From the NCBI GenBank assembly GCA_900767415.1, contig CAAFYZ010000052.1, positions 59,660 to 123,659 on the forward strand: a DNA stretch of 64,000 bases, read 5' to 3'. Under the pieces are notes generated by a model, which made no database searches, had not been told where the DNA came from, and was given only the letters and a program-made list of their open reading frames with translations. Within the stretch, counting starts at the first letter, position 1. Every line of letters starts with the position of its first letter. The translations under genes and the position numbers were made by a program. This document shows positions 61,457 through 64,000 of this stretch, one piece after another. This DNA comes from Clostridia bacterium. GTDB lineage: Bacteria; Bacillota; Clostridia; Oscillospirales; CAG-272.

Positions 61457-62535
61457 AAACGTCGAGAATCCGCATTTCCGCCTTTTTTATCCGCCTGTTT
61501 CGCCGTCGGGGAAACGAAAAACGGACGATCACCCTGCGCTACTATTTCTTTTGGGTCAGCGCGCTGATCCTGATCGGTGCTATTCTGTTCTCGAGTCTTC
61601 TGAACTCTCTTTTTTCCTATTTTTTCGGAGATGGCGTCGAACTCTCGATCTATTGGTATGCCATTATCGCGGGGAGTATCGCGGGCGTTATCACGCTGAT
61701 CTTCGTCAGTAAAATGGTCGCCCGCCCGATCGTTTCGCTGAATGCGGCGATGAAAAAAGTCTCGCAGGGCGACTTTACGCCAAAGCTCGACAGCCACTCC
61801 AGCGGCATTCACGAGATTCGCGAGTCCTACGAGAGTTTCAACCGCATGACCAAAGAACTCGCGTCGACCGAGATTTTGCAGACGGATTTTGTCTCCAACG
61901 TCTCGCATGAATTCAAGACGCCGATCAACGCGATTGAAGGGTATACCATGCTCTTGCAGGATACCGTCGTCTCGGAGGAACAAAACGAATACGTTGAGAA
62001 GATCCTCTACAATACGAAGAGACTTTCCGAGTTGGTCGGGAGCATTCTTCTCCTCTCAAAACTTGAGAACAAGGGGATTCAGAACCGCTTTGAATTCTTC
62101 TGTCTTGACGAGCAGATACGAAAGGCGATCGTGTCGCTCGAGCACAAGTGGACGGTGAAAAATATCGAATTTGACGTCGATATGGAAACAATTGTTTACC
62201 GCGGGAACGAATCTCTTCTCTACCACGTCTTTGCCAACCTGATTGACAACGCGATTAAATTCAATCGCGAGGGTGGGAAAATTACCGTCCGTCTCGAAAA
62301 GAGGGAGACGAATATCGTCTTCTCCGTCTCGGACGAGGGACCCGGCATCGACGACAACGCGAAGCATCATATCTTCGATAAATTCTATCAGGCGAACAAC
62401 TCGCACAGCGGCGAGGGGAACGGACTCGGGCTTGCACTTGTCAAGCGGATATTGGATATTCACAAGGGGAGTATCGAAGTCAACAACAACGAAGACGGCA
62501 TCGGCTGTACCTTCACGGTTACTCTGCCGCGCTGA
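61453..62535 (+). CDS. Sensor histidine kinase (HAMP-HisKA-HATPase)
   Basis: Two TM segments, H-box SHEFKTPINAIEGY, N-box NLIDNAIKF and G-boxes DEGPGI, GLGLALV. It overlaps the response regulator stop. Confidence 0.9.
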   Translation: MKTSRIRISAFFIRLFRRRGNEKRTITLRYYFFWVSALILIGAILFSSLLNSLFSYFFGDGVELSIYWYAIIAGSIAGVITLIFVSKMVARPIVSLNAAMKKVSQGDFTPKLDSHSSGIHEIRESYESFNRMTKELASTEILQTDFVSNVSHEFKTPINAIEGYTMLLQDTVVSEEQNEYVEKILYNTKRLSELVGSILLLSKLENKGIQNRFEFFCLDEQIRKAIVSLEHKWTVKNIEFDVDMETIVYRGNESLLYHVFANLIDNAIKFNREGGKITVRLEKRETNIVFSVSDEGPGIDDNAKHHIFDKFYQANNSHSGEGNGLGLALVKRILDIHKGSIEVNNNEDGIGCTFTVTLPR

Positions 62536-62567
62536 ATGTCCCGCGCCTTTTTTGAAAGGGATTTCCT

Positions 62568-63554
62568 ATGAAAAAAATTATCGTCGACCTCCTCGGTGCC
62601 GATCACGCCGAGGAGGAACTTTTGGACGGTGCGCTCGCCGCTCTTGCGGACGACGCGTCGCTGTCTTTGATTCTGGTCGGGAGCGAGGCACTCTCGGCAA
62701 AAGACCTCGCCGCACGCGGCGCGGATCTTTCCCGCGTGGAGATTCTCACCGCGACGGACGCCATCACGGGCGAGGATTCTCCCGTTGTCGTCGCCCGCGG
62801 GCGGGAGGGTTCTTCGATGGCGATCGCCTTCTCCGCATTGAAAAACCGTGAAGACGCCGCGGCGCTTGTCTCGGCGGGGAACACGGGCGCGATGCTCGTC
62901 GCCTCGCTCTACCGTCTCGGACTTTTGCGCGGCGTGCGTCGCCCGGCACTTGCCACCGCCCTTCTGACCCCCGGCGGGGAGCACGTCTGTCTTCTCGACT
63001 GCGGGGCGAACGTCGATTGCCGCGCGGAACTGCTCGAGGGATTCGCCTATCTCGGTGCCGCGTTTTCTTCCGCGGCGTGCGGAAAAGAGAATCCCCGCGT
63101 CGGACTGTTTTCGGTCGGCAAAGAGGAGCACAAGGGCAACGCCGTCACGCACGAAGTGTTCGATCTTCTGAAAAACGGCAAACTGAATTTTATCGGCAAT
63201 ATCGAAGGGTATGACGTCTTTTCGGGCGACGTCGACGTCGTCGTGTGCGACGGCTTCGTCGGCAATGCGATTCTGAAGGTCGCCGAATCGGTCGGAAAGG
63301 GCGCCGCCTCGCACATGGCGGCTCTCCTGCGCGGAAAGGTCGAAGACGAACCCCTCACGGAAGCGGCGGCGAGCACCTATCGCCTCTTCGATTACAATAC
63401 CGAGGGCGGCGCCGTCATGCTCGGCACGAAGAAGGTCGTCGTCAAGGCGCACGGCGCCGCCACGGCGCCCACCCTCCGCGCCTGCATCCGCGAGGCAAAA
63501 GCCCTCGCCGACGCTGACCTCCCCGCGAAGATCTCGTCCCTGCTCGGAGAATAA
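62568..63554 (+). CDS. plsX: Phosphate acyltransferase PlsX
   Basis: 328 aa. VSAGNTGAM, DCGANVDC, GNIEG.D..G..DVVVCDGFVGN. Confidence 0.9.
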   Translation: MKKIIVDLLGADHAEEELLDGALAALADDASLSLILVGSEALSAKDLAARGADLSRVEILTATDAITGEDSPVVVARGREGSSMAIAFSALKNREDAAALVSAGNTGAMLVASLYRLGLLRGVRRPALATALLTPGGEHVCLLDCGANVDCRAELLEGFAYLGAAFSSAACGKENPRVGLFSVGKEEHKGNAVTHEVFDLLKNGKLNFIGNIEGYDVFSGDVDVVVCDGFVGNAILKVAESVGKGAASHMAALLRGKVEDEPLTEAAASTYRLFDYNTEGGAVMLGTKKVVVKAHGAATAPTLRACIREAKALADADLPAKISSLLGE

Positions 63555-63599
63555 CAGCCGAGAAATCCGATTGTTCGGACACTCTATTCCCTATCGACC

Positions 63600-63735
63600 T
63601 CCCGACGAACCAACCCCCGACGAACCAAACCCCGACGAACCAAACCCCGACGAACCAACCCCCGACGAACCAAACCGGACGAATCAACCCCCGATGAACC
63701 AGACCCCGATGAACCAACCCCGGACGGAAAAACGG
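63600..63735. repeat. Tandem repeat, ~9 copies of a 15-bp unit CCCCGACGAACCAA[A/C]
   Basis: The core GACGAACCAA recurs at 63604, 63619, 63634, 63649 and 63664. Degenerate copies (GACGAATCAA, GATGAACCAG, GATGAACCAA, GACGGAAAAA) follow at 63678, 63693, 63708 and 63723. Confidence 0.9.
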
Positions 63736-63769
63736 TCGTGCGGGTTTCGCATCCTTTCTTATCACAAAA

Positions 63770-63818
63770 AGGCATGGTCAAACATTGCATTTGTTGACCA
63801 TGCCTCTTTGTGTTTTTT
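63770..63818 (+). terminator. Rho-independent terminator downstream of plsX and the tandem repeat
   Basis: AGGCATGGTCAA ... TTGACCATGCCT, a 12-bp stem followed by CTTTGTGTTTTTT. Confidence 0.7.
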
Positions 63819-64000
63819 CTTTTCCCATGAAAAGGAGAAAAGAAGAGCATACGCTCGGCATGACATAACGGGTCGGCGCAAGGGCAACCCGCAAGCAATA
63901 CAAAGACGAAGATTTACCTATCCCGAGAAACCCACCTTATATTGGTCGCCCGCTTCCGTTGTCTCTCACCACGCCGGAGAAGTTACAACGCTAAAAAAGA

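Noticed and set aside
63600-63735. Possible CRISPR array at the 15-bp tandem repeat.
   Set aside because: The units are directly abutting with no unique spacers and are too short. No cas genes or leader are in the window.
63571-64000. Open plus-strand frame running from a TTG at 63571 through the tandem repeat to the window end.
   Set aside because: There is no RBS, the sequence is low-complexity then non-protein-like, and it passes through a strong terminator hairpin. It is most likely non-coding.
63830-64000. Possible riboswitch or leader RNA at the extreme right end.
   Set aside because: No conserved riboswitch core could be recognised on either strand, and the downstream gene is outside the window, so no call is possible.

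Overview
This is a 64-kb chromosomal window from a high-G+C, spore-forming Firmicute (Clostridia-like) that spans the replication origin. The origin region runs spoVAC-AD-AE, dnaA, a DnaA-box cluster, dnaN, recF, a remB-like gene, gyrB and gyrA (about 44.4-55.8 kb). Gene orientation is mostly minus to the left of dnaA and entirely plus to its right.

Other core content:
- GH20 hexosaminidase, tcdA, alaS
- a cobalamin-riboswitch-controlled DUF4430 lipoprotein plus ECF S-component pair
- the CIRCE-regulated hrcA-grpE-dnaK-dnaJ operon
- lacZ (GH2) and galT, an S1C protease, truB, an AddA-like helicase-nuclease
- a ribokinase-AraC fusion next to a nucleoside hydrolase
- pyrR, RNase J, an OmpR/histidine-kinase pair and plsX

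No rRNA, tRNA or CRISPR array was recognised.

The most interesting part is the left ~10.4 kb, a visibly lower-G+C accessory island that continues beyond the window start. It carries nine co-directional, tightly spaced genes:
- a Hanks-type Ser/Thr kinase with a Zn-ribbon and FHA-like tail, an SWIM-vWA protein and a PP2C phosphatase, together forming a TerY-P-like triad
- an FRG-domain protein
- two proteins that share a homologous N-terminal domain but carry different C-termini (Sel1 repeats versus DUF6273-like)
- a transglutaminase-like protein, a small Cys-rich protein and a PH/GRAM-like protein

Between this gene array and an adjacent 307-aa tyrosine recombinase lies a 22-bp perfect inverted repeat. 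It brackets a 133-bp AT-rich segment that contains a consensus TTGACT-17-TATAAT promoter, which makes it a candidate invertible (phase-variable) promoter switch.

Secondary points of interest:
- a very low-G+C single-gene islet after alaS encoding an HNH-like protein
- a lower-G+C segment with a SipW-type-signal secreted protein and an unexplained structured intergenic element
- decayed duplicated gene tails after the lipoprotein gene downstream of gyrA
- a 15-bp tandem repeat downstream of plsX

All family assignments come from motif recognition by eye. No database search was run.
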